From Candidatus Kaiserbacteria bacterium (GTDB lineage: Bacteria; Patescibacteriota; Minisyncoccia; Phycocordibacterales; JABMNX01), in NCBI GenBank assembly GCA_016186705.1, contig JACPLB010000006.1, forward strand, positions 16,325 through 80,324: a stretch of DNA of 64,000 bases, given 5' to 3'. Below the pieces are notes generated by a model. The model did not search any database. It was given only the letters and a program-made list of their open reading frames with translations, and was not told where the DNA came from. The position numbers were made by a program, and so were the translations under genes. Numbering within the stretch: the stretch's first letter is position 1; each line of letters begins with the position of its first letter. This document shows, one piece after another, positions 36,305 to 45,785 of the stretch.

Positions 36305-37627
36305 ATGGCAACAGAAAAAGAACGGCTCATGGAAAATATCGTATCGCTCGCAAAGCGGCGCGGTTTTGTGTTTCAAGGGTCTGAAATCTACGGAGGCATT
36401 GCTGGCATGTGGGACTATGGGCCTTTGGGGGTGGAACTTGCGCATAACATCAAGGATATCTGGTGGCGCATGTTCGTCTATAACCGGGAGGACATGTATG
36501 GTATTGATGCGTCTATTTTAATGAATCCGAGAGTCTGGGAAACAAGCGGGCACACAAAAACTTTTTCAGACCCCGTAATCAAATGTGTGAAATGTAAAAA
36601 ACAATTTCGTGCTGACCAATTAGATAACAAAAACGCTTGTCCTGCGTGCGGAGGCAAACTTAGTAAGAGTCAGCCGTTTAATTTGATGTTCAAAACCTAT
36701 ATTGGCGCAACCGAAGATAGTGATTCAATCTCCTACCTTCGTCCGGAAACGGCGGGCGGCATTTTTGTGAATTTTAAAAATGTTGTCGACTCCATGCATC
36801 CGAAACTGCCGTTCGGTATCGCGCAAATCGGCAAGGCGTTCCGGAATGAGATTGCTCCGCGAGATTTTCTCTTCCGTCTTCGGGAATTAAAACAAATGGA
36901 AATTGAATACTTCGTCCGTGCGGAAGAGTGGGAACGCGCCTTTGAAGAATGGCGGCTCGCTATGCTCGCATTTGCCAAAGAAGTGGGCATTCCAAAAAAG
37001 GTGATTCATGAGCTCGAAGTGCCGGAGAGTGAACGCGCGCACTATTCAAAACGCACCATTGATTTTGAGTTTGATTATCCATTTGGGAAAAAGGAACTGT
37101 GGGGCTTGGCGTATCGCACCGACTATGACCTTTCACGTCATGCGGAGGCGTCCGGCGCCGATTTGACATACTTCGACGAAGAAGAAAACAAGCGATTCAT
37201 CCCGCATGTGATAGAACCATCGTTTGGAGTGGACCGAACGTTTCTTGCCGTTCTTCTCTCTGCGTATCGCGTGGACGAGATAAAAGGGGAGAAGCGCGTT
37301 TTTCTTGCGTTTAAGCCCGCCGTTGCTCCAATTAAAGTTGCGGTTTTTCCTCTTCTTAAAAACAAGCCAGAATTGGTTACAAAAGCGCGAAATATATACC
37401 AAATGCTTAAAAAACACATTCCGCAGATTGATTTCGATGATAATGGCAATATCGGCAAGCGATATCGCCGGCAAGACGAGATCGGCACGCCATACTGCGT
37501 GACAATTGACTTTGATACGCTTGAAGATAACACAGTCACTCTGCGCGACCGCGACACGACCGAGCAAGAGCGAGTCAACGAAAAAAATCTTCTTGAAATA
37601 CTTAAGAAAAAACTCGTAAGCTTTTAA
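36305..37627 (+). CDS. glyQS: glycine--tRNA ligase (class II, alpha2 archaeal/eukaryote-like type)
   Basis: FVFQGSEIYGGIAGMWDYGPLGVEL (motif 1), FRNEIAPRDFLFRLRE (motif 2), and a C-terminal anticodon-binding domain. Confidence 0.9.
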   Translation: MATEKERLMENIVSLAKRRGFVFQGSEIYGGIAGMWDYGPLGVELAHNIKDIWWRMFVYNREDMYGIDASILMNPRVWETSGHTKTFSDPVIKCVKCKKQFRADQLDNKNACPACGGKLSKSQPFNLMFKTYIGATEDSDSISYLRPETAGGIFVNFKNVVDSMHPKLPFGIAQIGKAFRNEIAPRDFLFRLRELKQMEIEYFVRAEEWERAFEEWRLAMLAFAKEVGIPKKVIHELEVPESERAHYSKRTIDFEFDYPFGKKELWGLAYRTDYDLSRHAEASGADLTYFDEEENKRFIPHVIEPSFGVDRTFLAVLLSAYRVDEIKGEKRVFLAFKPAVAPIKVAVFPLLKNKPELVTKARNIYQMLKKHIPQIDFDDNGNIGKRYRRQDEIGTPYCVTIDFDTLEDNTVTLRDRDTTEQERVNEKNLLEILKKKLVSF

Positions 37628-37642
37628 CTTTTCACTTTCTTT

Positions 37643-37663
37643 CCACTTTCCACTTTCCACTTT
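37643..37663. repeat. heptamer tandem repeat (ccacttt)x3
   Basis: ccactttccactttccacttt in the glyQS / AI-2E intergenic region, preceded by the degenerate units tcactttctttc. Confidence 0.5.
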
Positions 37664-37675
37664 ATACTTACGCAT

Positions 37676-38749
37676 ATGCTTAACGACTCCCGTCAGTTAG
37701 TTGTGAACATCACGACCGGCACGATTATCCGGTCGGTACTCCTTGTGCTTCTTGTTGCCGCTCTTTTTTACCTCAAAGAGCTCGTACTCGTTGTCTTGAC
37801 TGCTGTTGTCATTGCGTCGGCGATTGAGCCCGCCACAAAATGGTTCGTAAAATACAAATTCCCCCGCGTTATCGCGGTCCTCGTCGTCTATCTTGTGTTT
37901 TTCGGTCTTATCATAGGGCTCTTCTATTTCTTCCTTCCGCCGGTTCTTAATGAGGCGATAAACTTTCTAGCCGTTCTACCCGAGTATTTGGAGCGTTTCG
38001 ATTCGGCGAGTCCGATTCAGCAATCTGCCTTGCTCGGAGCGCAGAGCGTCGTTGATAATTTTTCCATCACGCAGATTGTCAGCGAACTGCGGACAATATT
38101 CTCCAATGTCTCCGGAAGTTTTCTCACGACCATCACAGCTATTTTCGGCGGCGTCTTGAGCTTTGTGCTTATCATCGTTTTCTCGTTTTATTTCGCGGTG
38201 CAGGAAACGGGCATTGACGATTTCCTGCGCGTTATTACGCCGGTAGAGTATCAGAAGAACGTCATCAGTCTCTGGAAACGCTCCCAGTTTAAAATCGGCT
38301 TGTGGATGCAGGGACAGCTTATTCTTGCGGTCATTGTGGGGATGCTCGTCTATCTCGGACTCACCATTCTCGGGGTTAAATACGCCCTCCTCCTTGCCGT
38401 GGTTGCCGCTTTGTTTGAAGTCATACCGGTGTTCGGGCCGATACTCTCGGCGATTCCCGCGACCATTATCGGGTTTGTTGACGGGGGAGTCACGATAGGA
38501 CTTTTGGTCATCGGCCTCTACGTCATTATCCAGCAGTTTGAAAATCATCTCATCTACCCCTTGGTCGTGACCAAAGTCGTCGGTGTGCCGCCGCTTCTCG
38601 TCATTCTCGCACTCATTGTCGGCGCTCAACTTGCCGGTTTTCTGGGGATTATTCTCTCGGTGCCGGTTGCCGCCGTCATTCAGGAGCTCGTGAGCGACTT
38701 GGAGAAGAAGAAAGCGCGTGCGCTTGAAAAAGAAGGTGCCGGAGCGTAG
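37676..38749 (+). CDS. AI-2E family transporter (PerM/YhhT-like, UPF0118)
   Basis: 8-TM protein with conserved LAVVAALFEVIPVFGPILSAIPA...YPLVV motif region. Confidence 0.75.
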   Translation: MLNDSRQLVVNITTGTIIRSVLLVLLVAALFYLKELVLVVLTAVVIASAIEPATKWFVKYKFPRVIAVLVVYLVFFGLIIGLFYFFLPPVLNEAINFLAVLPEYLERFDSASPIQQSALLGAQSVVDNFSITQIVSELRTIFSNVSGSFLTTITAIFGGVLSFVLIIVFSFYFAVQETGIDDFLRVITPVEYQKNVISLWKRSQFKIGLWMQGQLILAVIVGMLVYLGLTILGVKYALLLAVVAALFEVIPVFGPILSAIPATIIGFVDGGVTIGLLVIGLYVIIQQFENHLIYPLVVTKVVGVPPLLVILALIVGAQLAGFLGIILSVPVAAVIQELVSDLEKKKARALEKEGAGA

Positions 38750-38758
38750 CATTGTGAA

Positions 38759-40189
38759 ATGTCAAAGGCTTTCTACGTCACAACAACGCTCCCATACGTA
38801 AACGCAGACCCGCATGTGGGTCACGCTTTAGAATTAGTTCATGCAGATATTTTTGCTCGTTACTCACGACTTATGGGTCGGGAAGTGTTCTTTAATACTG
38901 GTACTGATGAGCATGGGCTAAAGGTGTATCGCAAAGCTCTCGAAGAGAATAAAGAGCCGCAAGAATATGCTGACGAGTATGCCTTACATTTCCAGAATCT
39001 GGTGGGTAAACTCGGACTCATTGAAGACATTAATTTTGTTCGCACGACAGATCCGGTTCATAAGAAAGCGGCACAAGAATTTTGGAAGCGATGTGATGAC
39101 AACGGGTACATTTACAAGAAGGATTACAAAATAAAATATTGTGTCGGATGTGAACTTGAGAAGACTGACTCCGAGCTTGAAAAGGGTTGCTGTCCTCTTC
39201 ATCCCAATCTTCCTATTGAGATAATTGAGGAGGAAAATTACTTCTTCAAGTTTAGCCAATTTCGCGAGAAACTACTCGCTCTCTATAATAATCGTCCTGA
39301 TTTTGTAGTACCGAGACAACGTTTTAATGAAATTCGTTCGTTTGTAGAGCGAGGTCTTGAAGACTTCAGTATTTCCCGTTTATCTTCAAAAATGCCGTGG
39401 GGTATCCCGGTACCTGGAGATAATTCGCAGGTCATGTACGTGTGGTTTGACGCATTGGTGAACTACATTTCGGTTATCGGATGGCCGGATAACATGAAGC
39501 GTTTTTCAAAATGGTGGCCGGCACTTCAATTCGCAGGCAAAGACCAGATACGCCAGCAATCAGCTATGTGGCAGGCAATGCTTATGGCTGTTGGAATCTC
39601 TGAGCCGTCACGACAGATTATTATTCACGGATTTATCACAAACGATGGCGAAAAGATGTCAAAATCACTCGGAAATGTCGTTAATCCAATCCCTCTCATA
39701 GATGAATACGGTGTTGATGCCGTGCGCTATTACTTGGCGCGACATACGCACCCATTTGAGGATAGTAATTTTACGATGGAGAAATTCAAAGAAGCGTATA
39801 ACGCAAATTTGGTAAACGGTCTCGGTAATTTAGTTGCTCGTATTATGAAACTTGCAGAGGATAATCTAGAACAACCTATCAAGAAACCGAAACCTGTAAG
39901 TTTTCCAAAAGAATACACAAACGCTATCGAGTCTTTTGAATTCAATCGGGCAATTGATTTTGTATGGCATAAAATACAAACGCTTGATGAGCGAATTGCA
40001 AAAGAGGAACCATTTAGACTAGTCAAGAATGAACCTGAAAAGGGAAAGCGAATTATTGTTGAACTTGCGACTGAACTCTATTGGGTTGGACGCATGCTGT
40101 ACCCATTTTTGCCTGACACAAATATAAAGATAAAAAAGACTATCCTCGCGAACAAAAAACCGGAAAACTTATTCCCACGTATCCTGTAA
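38759..40189 (+). CDS. metG: methionine--tRNA ligase (short form)
   Basis: LPYVNADPHVGHAL (HIGH), Zn-knuckle CVGCELEKTDSELEKGCCPLH, KMSKSLGNVV. Confidence 0.9.
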   Translation: MSKAFYVTTTLPYVNADPHVGHALELVHADIFARYSRLMGREVFFNTGTDEHGLKVYRKALEENKEPQEYADEYALHFQNLVGKLGLIEDINFVRTTDPVHKKAAQEFWKRCDDNGYIYKKDYKIKYCVGCELEKTDSELEKGCCPLHPNLPIEIIEEENYFFKFSQFREKLLALYNNRPDFVVPRQRFNEIRSFVERGLEDFSISRLSSKMPWGIPVPGDNSQVMYVWFDALVNYISVIGWPDNMKRFSKWWPALQFAGKDQIRQQSAMWQAMLMAVGISEPSRQIIIHGFITNDGEKMSKSLGNVVNPIPLIDEYGVDAVRYYLARHTHPFEDSNFTMEKFKEAYNANLVNGLGNLVARIMKLAEDNLEQPIKKPKPVSFPKEYTNAIESFEFNRAIDFVWHKIQTLDERIAKEEPFRLVKNEPEKGKRIIVELATELYWVGRMLYPFLPDTNIKIKKTILANKKPENLFPRIL

Positions 40190-40209
40190 GAATGCTATAG
40201 TTAAGTCAT

Positions 40210-40635
40210 ATGAGCGTAGGAATACTCTTCGCAATTTCTGCCGCAATTGTTTTTGGATTATGGACAGTTTTTCATAACCAAGCGGCGGAACATATATCAC
40301 CCGTACTTGGTGCGATACTAGTTTCTTTAACGGCTGTAATAATCGGACTCCCTTTTTTTATACGTGAGTGGGTGGGAGTTGGAATCCAAATTGGTCAAAG
40401 AGGTTTCTTTTTTATAGTCCTGACCGGCATCTCAGCATTTACACTAGATTATTTAGTACTCCGGACTTATTCTGCTGGAATTCCAATCTCAATTGGCGGC
40501 CCAATTATTATCGGAGGCAGTATCGCTGTAGCTGTGATTATTGGTTTTTTCCTTGGCGAACAGATAACTATTATAAAAACACTAGGAATCACTCTGGTCC
40601 TGATTGGTGCCGCAATTCTTGCATCTTTTGTATAA
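40210..40635 (+). CDS. small DMT/EamA-like membrane protein
   Basis: 141 aa, 4 TM, Gly-rich C-terminal helix pattern typical of EamA half-transporters. Confidence 0.45.
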   Translation: MSVGILFAISAAIVFGLWTVFHNQAAEHISPVLGAILVSLTAVIIGLPFFIREWVGVGIQIGQRGFFFIVLTGISAFTLDYLVLRTYSAGIPISIGGPIIIGGSIAVAVIIGFFLGEQITIIKTLGITLVLIGAAILASFV

Positions 40636-40644
40636 CAGGACTTT

Positions 40645-41427
40645 ATGACCGCCCCCGATTACATTGATTTCCATTGCCATATTCATTTCTCGCGGTATGA
40701 CAACGACCGCGATGAAGTCCTCAAACACATGCGCGAGAGCAATATCTGGGCGATTGTTGTAGGAACCGATAAAAAACAGTCGCAGGAAGCTCTTGAATTT
40801 GCGAAAAAACACGAGGGCATATACGCGACAGCCGGGCTTCACCCGGCTGACAACACCAAAGAATCATTTGAAGAATCTTTTTACGAAACGCTGATTTCCG
40901 ATGATAAGACAGTCATGGTCGGGGAGTGCGGACTTGATTATTACCACATTAAGGAAAAAGATGAACAAGCTCGCCAGCGGAGAGAATTTGAAAAACAAAT
41001 TGATTTTGCCGTGCTCCACGGCAAACCGCTCATGCTCCATGTGCGAGAAGCTCATAAAGACGCACTCGACATGCTCCAGTCAAAGAAAAAAGAGTTCGGA
41101 CAAAGACTGCGTGGCAACGTCCATTTTTTTACCGAAAGTCCCGATATTGCGAAACGGTACTACGACCTTAATTTCACGACGTCGTTCCCGGGAGTTATTA
41201 CGTTTACGCAAGAGTATGACGATACGGTGCGCTACGCTCCTTCCGACATGCTCCTTTCGGAGACCGATTCTCCGTACGCGGCACCGGTGCCGTATCGGGG
41301 GAAGCGGAATGAGCCAAGCTATGTCATTGAAGTCGTAAAACGCATGGCGGATATCCGGAATGAAAATATTGAAACGCTAAAAGAACAGCTTGTGGAAAAT
41401 GCCATGAGAGTCCTTTCTCGCGCGTAA
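40645..41427 (+). CDS. tatD: TatD-family metal-dependent deoxyribonuclease
   Basis: IDFHCHIHF (metal-binding His), ECGLDYYH, LMLHVREAH, LSETDSPYAAPVPYRGKRNEP. Confidence 0.85.
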   Translation: MTAPDYIDFHCHIHFSRYDNDRDEVLKHMRESNIWAIVVGTDKKQSQEALEFAKKHEGIYATAGLHPADNTKESFEESFYETLISDDKTVMVGECGLDYYHIKEKDEQARQRREFEKQIDFAVLHGKPLMLHVREAHKDALDMLQSKKKEFGQRLRGNVHFFTESPDIAKRYYDLNFTTSFPGVITFTQEYDDTVRYAPSDMLLSETDSPYAAPVPYRGKRNEPSYVIEVVKRMADIRNENIETLKEQLVENAMRVLSRA

Positions 41428-41476
41428 GAGAATTCTTGCGAGTCGTACTGTGGCATGGTAAGCTAGAGCGCATTAT

Positions 41477-42001
41477 ATGGAACATACCGACATTGCCGAA
41501 AAACCAATGCAAGAGATAAACGAAGAGATTGATGCGGAATCTCGCGTATATGAATTGGGATATCTCATCACGCCGACTCTTGCTGAAGGGGAGATTCCCC
41601 GAGTGACTGCGGCATTAAAGGCGCTCGTTGAGGAAAACGGCGGCGCTCTTGTTTCCGAACAGACACCTCAACACATGACGCTTGCATACGCGATGTACCG
41701 GGCACTCGATGGAAAGAAAGAAAAGTTTGAAACGGCGTATTTCGGAGGAATTAAATTTAACATTGAACCGAGTGCAATAGTGTCACTTAAAAAATCTCTC
41801 GACACAGACGTACGCATTCTTCGCTACATTATCTTCAAGACGGTCCGGGAGAATACCCGTGCGGAAATCAAACTGCCGCAAATAAAAACGGAACGGAAAA
41901 TGGGAATTACTCACAGACCATTGCTTCGCAAGAAAGAAGAAAGCGCTCCAATCTCCGAAGAGGCGCTTGATAGAAGCATCAAGGAGCTCATGGTAGAATA
42001 A
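41477..42001 (+). CDS. rpsF: 30S ribosomal protein S6 with N- and C-terminal extensions
   Basis: YELGYLITPTL..E.....V.ALKALVEENGGALVSEQ....RTLAYAM consensus. Gene order rpsF-ssb-rpsR. Confidence 0.8.
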   Translation: MEHTDIAEKPMQEINEEIDAESRVYELGYLITPTLAEGEIPRVTAALKALVEENGGALVSEQTPQHMTLAYAMYRALDGKKEKFETAYFGGIKFNIEPSAIVSLKKSLDTDVRILRYIIFKTVRENTRAEIKLPQIKTERKMGITHRPLLRKKEESAPISEEALDRSIKELMVE

Positions 42002-42005
42002 ACGT

Positions 42006-42437
42006 ATGTATCTCAACAAAGTCTTTGTATACGGTAATTTAACGCGCGACCCCGAACTTCGCTCTTTGCCGTCGGGCGTGCAGGTCGCGAGTTTTAGTAT
42101 TGCGACGAACCGCGTGTGGAAAGGAAAAGACGGCTCAAAACAAGAAAGCGCTGAATTTCATAACATTGTCGTATTCGGACGTCAGGCAGAGACAAGCGCG
42201 CAATATCTCAAAAAGGGAGGTTCGGTCTTGGTAGAGGGAAGAATGCAGACGAGAAGCTGGGAGAGCGACGGACAGAAAAAGTACCGAACTGAAATTGTCG
42301 CTGACCGTGTGCAATTCGGTCCTCGAAGTTCCGGCGGCAGTGCGCCGAAGCAGAGCGAGAAGACTTCACCGGAGACCGAAGGAAACGCGATAGACTACCC
42401 TGAAGAGAATATCAATCCTGACGATATTCCTTTTTAA
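42006..42437 (+). CDS. ssb: single-stranded DNA-binding protein
   Basis: MYLNKVFVYGNLTRDPELRSLPSGVQVASFSIATNR...HNIVVFGRQAE OB-fold. Acidic C-terminal tail ending DDIPF. Confidence 0.85.
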   Translation: MYLNKVFVYGNLTRDPELRSLPSGVQVASFSIATNRVWKGKDGSKQESAEFHNIVVFGRQAETSAQYLKKGGSVLVEGRMQTRSWESDGQKKYRTEIVADRVQFGPRSSGGSAPKQSEKTSPETEGNAIDYPEENINPDDIPF

Positions 42438-42453
42438 ATAAAATTAAGCGCGT

Positions 42454-42666
42454 ATGCAGAGCAAAAAGAAACCCGATTTTTTTTCGACCCATAATGTCAA
42501 GCACATTGATTACCGGGACACAGAGATTTTGAAGCAATTTCTCAATCCGCACGGCAGGATGCTCTCAAGAAAGAAATCCGGACTGAACGCCAAGCATCAG
42601 CGGCTAATGGAGGTGGCGGTCAAACGAGCCCGCTTCATGGGGCTTTTGCCGTTTGTCTCAAAATAG
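42454..42666 (+). CDS. rpsR: 30S ribosomal protein S18
   Basis: IDYRDTEILKQFLNPHGRMLSRKKSGLNAKHQRLMEVAVKRARFMGLLPF. Confidence 0.85.
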   Translation: MQSKKKPDFFSTHNVKHIDYRDTEILKQFLNPHGRMLSRKKSGLNAKHQRLMEVAVKRARFMGLLPFVSK

Positions 42667-42718
42667 GAATCAAAAAAGCGCTTATTTTAAGGCACAGGAA
42701 ATGCCCCACACATGTGGG

Positions 42719-43288
42719 TCATTTCTTTTCTGTCCGTTCAACGTACTCTCCCGTCTCCGTGTTGACGCGGATGACATCTCCCTCGTTGATGAAAAGAGGG
42801 GTGGTAACTGTTGCTCCGGTCTCAAGCATCACCTGCTTGACTCCGCCTTGTGCGGTGTTTCCTTTCATTGACGGAGGGGCTTCCGTCACTTTTAAGTCAA
42901 TTTTAACCGGAAGCGAAATCCCGATAATCTCGTTATTGAATACAAGACTCTCAATTTCAGAATTTTCTTTCATGAATTTTTGCGTCGCTCCTATCATTTC
43001 GGACGGCAGTTTAAACCTATCCTTCGGATTATAAGGGTCACAAAACCAAAATTCTCCTTTATTGCGGTAGAGATACTTGACCGGTCTTGTTGAAATATCG
43101 GCTTCGCGCACTTTGTCGTTTTGGTGAAACGTATGCTCGAGCGTGCTGCCTGTTTTCAAACTGCGGAGTTTGGTCTGGTTGACCGGCTTGCGCTGTTGTT
43201 TCCGAAAAACCCACGACGAAAGCACCTCGTACGGTTCATTGTCAAGAATGATATATTTTCGCTGAGTTATTTCATTGTACGACAACAT
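42719..43288 (-). CDS. efp: elongation factor P
   Basis: 189 aa with three OB/KOW-like domains (GSTLEHTFHQNDKV; ...VTEAPPSMKGNTAQGGVKQVMLETGATVTTPLFINEGDVIRVNTETGEYVER). Confidence 0.9.
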   Translation of the reverse strand: MLSYNEITQRKYIILDNEPYEVLSSWVFRKQQRKPVNQTKLRSLKTGSTLEHTFHQNDKVREADISTRPVKYLYRNKGEFWFCDPYNPKDRFKLPSEMIGATQKFMKENSEIESLVFNNEIIGISLPVKIDLKVTEAPPSMKGNTAQGGVKQVMLETGATVTTPLFINEGDVIRVNTETGEYVERTEKK

Positions 43289-43450
43289 AATGTTCGCTAT
43301 TCTAGCCGAAGAGTGATGTTTAGTCCACAGGTAACCTTACTCTCAGTATCCTCGTTGCAATTAATACGGAGGTCGATATAGTTAAGGTAATAAAGGCGTG
43401 AGAGAGGGTTCCGCCCCCTCTCACTTGGCCTGTGTGGAAATGCCCTCATT

Positions 43451-44041
43451 ATGGGACTCTTAGACGAACACACGACACATACCGACCTCGTAGGAAAGAG
43501 CGATGAAGAAATCCTCGCCCTTTCCGTCGCATATCCCGACCTTTTCTCGATTATTCTCAAGCGATATCAGGATGCGTTTCTGCGGAAAGCGCAGTCAATC
43601 TTGCGGAGCAGGGAGGACGCCGAAGAAGTCGTGCAGGAAGTCTTTGGGAAAATATACCTCTACGCGGATAAATTCGTCGTACAAGAAGGCGCATCGTTTA
43701 GTTCATGGGGATATCGTATTCTGATGAACACCGCCTTTACCCGCTACCAGAAGCTCAAGAAGGAACGAAAGGTGCTTCAGCCGCTTGACCCTGAAGTGTA
43801 TGAAACGCTCTCCGACACGAAGATGGAGCAGTTTGAAAGACTTGAATTGAGCGACTATGTTGTCTCTGTACTCTCCAAGATGCCGGAGCATCTCGCCCGC
43901 ATTCTTACCAAGCATTTCATAGAAGGAAAACCGCACAAAGAGATTGCAGAGGAGGAAGGAATTTCCGTCGGCGCGGTAAAAACGCGCGTGCATCGGGCAA
44001 AGGAGTCATTCAGGAGAAGTACACATTCATTATTGGCGTAG
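43451..44041 (+). CDS. RNA polymerase sigma-70 family (ECF-like) sigma factor
   Basis: Region 2 (AEEVVQEVFGKIYLYADKF....SFSSWGYRILMNTAF) and region 4 HTH (KEIAEEEGISVGAVKTRVHRAKESFRR). Confidence 0.75.
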   Translation: MGLLDEHTTHTDLVGKSDEEILALSVAYPDLFSIILKRYQDAFLRKAQSILRSREDAEEVVQEVFGKIYLYADKFVVQEGASFSSWGYRILMNTAFTRYQKLKKERKVLQPLDPEVYETLSDTKMEQFERLELSDYVVSVLSKMPEHLARILTKHFIEGKPHKEIAEEEGISVGAVKTRVHRAKESFRRSTHSLLA

Positions 44042-44059
44042 GCAGTAATAATACATTGT

Positions 44060-44410
44060 ATGGAGAATAGTATTCTTGAACAAAAAATAATGGCACGGGT
44101 GGGACGCATTCACTCCCTTAAAAGAGTACTCAATCCGCTCATGCTCAAAGTGTACGCGTTCGTCGCCGTAAGCGCCGGCATGCTGTCGTTAGTATCGATA
44201 AAAAACGTGTTTCTCAACATGCCACCTCTTTTTGAGCTCCAAGGTGTGTACTATTTTGTCATAGCCGCACTTCGAAACACTGAGCTCTCCGTACAGATAA
44301 TTTCTCTCGCTCTCTTTATACTCGTCCTTCTTCTCGTGCGGGATACCGTAAGAAACCTCACTTTCCACGCGCCGTACGTACCGCGTGCCATGCGCCGCGT
44401 ATCGCACTAG
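44060..44410 (+). CDS. membrane protein downstream of sigma factor (possible anti-sigma)
   Basis: 116 aa, 2-3 TM. Position immediately 3' of the ECF-like sigma gene. No motif. Confidence 0.35.
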   Translation: MENSILEQKIMARVGRIHSLKRVLNPLMLKVYAFVAVSAGMLSLVSIKNVFLNMPPLFELQGVYYFVIAALRNTELSVQIISLALFILVLLLVRDTVRNLTFHAPYVPRAMRRVSH

Positions 44411-45444
44411 ACAAGCTTCTTTCTGATATCTTTGAGAATCACACCAGCGATTTTCTTGTTTTCTTTCAAGTATTGTCTCGCCGCGTCGTACCCACGTCCA
44501 AGTTTTTCTTCTTGAGACTCTTTTTCACCCGGCAGGTAACTGTACGACGCTCCTGATTTTTTAATGATACCGAGTTTTTCTCCGAGTGCGAGGAGTTCCC
44601 CTTCTTTTGAGATGCCTTCATTGTACATGAGGTCGAATTCCGTTGTTTTAAAAGGTGCCGCCACTTTATTCTTGACGACTTTTACGCGATGCCGCCCGCC
44701 CATAACTTCGTCGTTCTTCTTGATTTGCGCGATGCGTCTGATATCAATGCGTATTGACGTGTAAAACTTAAGCGCTTTTCCTCCCGGCGTTGTTTCGGGA
44801 TTGCCGAACATAACTCCGATTTGCATGCGGATTTGGTTGATGAAAATAACAATCGTTTTTGATTTGGCGGTAATTGCAGTGAGCTTGCGCAGGGCCTGTG
44901 ACATCAAACGCGCCTGCTTGCCAACGTGGTGCGCGCCCATATCCCCCTCAATCTCGTCTTTCGGGGTAAGCGCCGCCACCGAGTCTATAACAATGATGTC
45001 TATTTTCCCCGAACGCACAAGTGACTCAACAATCTCAAGCGCCTGTTCTCCGGTATCGGGTTGTGAGACAAGCAATTCTTCAATCTTTACTCCGATTCTT
45101 TTCGCGTACTCGGGGTCAAGCGCGTGTTCAGCGTCAATAAAGGCGCAGACGCCGCCCGCCCTCTGCGCCTCCGCAATGGCGTGGAGCGAAAGGGTTGTTT
45201 TTCCCGATGACTCAGGTCCGAAAATTTCAATGATTCTTCCGCGCGGAAGCCCGCCGGTGCCAAGTGCCCAATCGACGCCGACAGACCCGGTCGGAATGGC
45301 GTCAACGTTTACTCTCGGCTTGTCGCCGAGCTTCATGATTGCTTCCTCACCGAACTTGGTTTTTATTTCGTTAATCGCGTCGTCAATTGCGCCGGAACCC
45401 GTCGCCGTTTTTGATTTTTTTTGAGGCATGTTAATTATAGACAA
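44407..45444 (-). CDS. recA: recombinase RecA
   Basis: [13 protein letters not shown] (Walker A), IVIDSVAAL (Walker B), L1/L2 loop region [34 protein letters not shown]. Confidence 0.95.
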   Translation of the reverse strand: MSIINMPQKKSKTATGSGAIDDAINEIKTKFGEEAIMKLGDKPRVNVDAIPTGSVGVDWALGTGGLPRGRIIEIFGPESSGKTTLSLHAIAEAQRAGGVCAFIDAEHALDPEYAKRIGVKIEELLVSQPDTGEQALEIVESLVRSGKIDIIVIDSVAALTPKDEIEGDMGAHHVGKQARLMSQALRKLTAITAKSKTIVIFINQIRMQIGVMFGNPETTPGGKALKFYTSIRIDIRRIAQIKKNDEVMGGRHRVKVVKNKVAAPFKTTEFDLMYNEGISKEGELLALGEKLGIIKKSGASYSYLPGEKESQEEKLGRGYDAARQYLKENKKIAGVILKDIRKKLV

Positions 45445-45778
45445 GTTCGAGGGTACGATTTGTTGTTCTTCCGAATTTATCTTTGGCGTGTAGCGTAATT
45501 ATATTATAGCCGGGAGAGAGGAGCAATTTTTCCTTAAATACCCCGGTTTCGTCAATGAATATCCGCCGGTCGTTTATGGTAATCTCGGAAATGTTTTTTG
45601 TCGTACCGACGACTTCCGTAAGCGACGCAAAAAGCGTCGCACCGTTCTGCGGCGTCTTTATGGTAATGACCGGACCTATAACCAGGTTGTGCATCTGAAA
45701 ATACGTGTATCCCAGAATTCCCAGAAGAAGGATGATAAACCCGATAATTTTAATGTTGAGATGCCTTGCGTAGGACAT
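45431..45778 (-). CDS. membrane-anchored hypothetical protein
   Basis: Track ORF 45431..46039 trimmed to ATG at 45778 ([27 protein letters not shown], a TM). Upstream residues are an out-of-frame read-through of the ftsK 3' end. Confidence 0.4.
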   Translation of the reverse strand: MSYARHLNIKIIGFIILLLGILGYTYFQMHNLVIGPVITIKTPQNGATLFASLTEVVGTTKNISEITINDRRIFIDETGVFKEKLLLSPGYNIITLHAKDKFGRTTNRTLELVYN

Positions 45779-45785
45779 ACATACG

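Noticed and set aside
37976-38752. 258-aa minus-strand ORF, and similar long antisense ORFs (e.g. 22303..22866, 14224..14775, 10556..11080, 44801..45424, 46374..46844, 50461..51009, 31663..32127)
   Set aside because: Each is fully embedded antisense to a confidently identified conserved gene (AI-2E, folD, uppS, dedA, recA, ftsK, giant protein, ileS). They have Arg/Ser/Pro-rich low-complexity translations typical of antisense frames.
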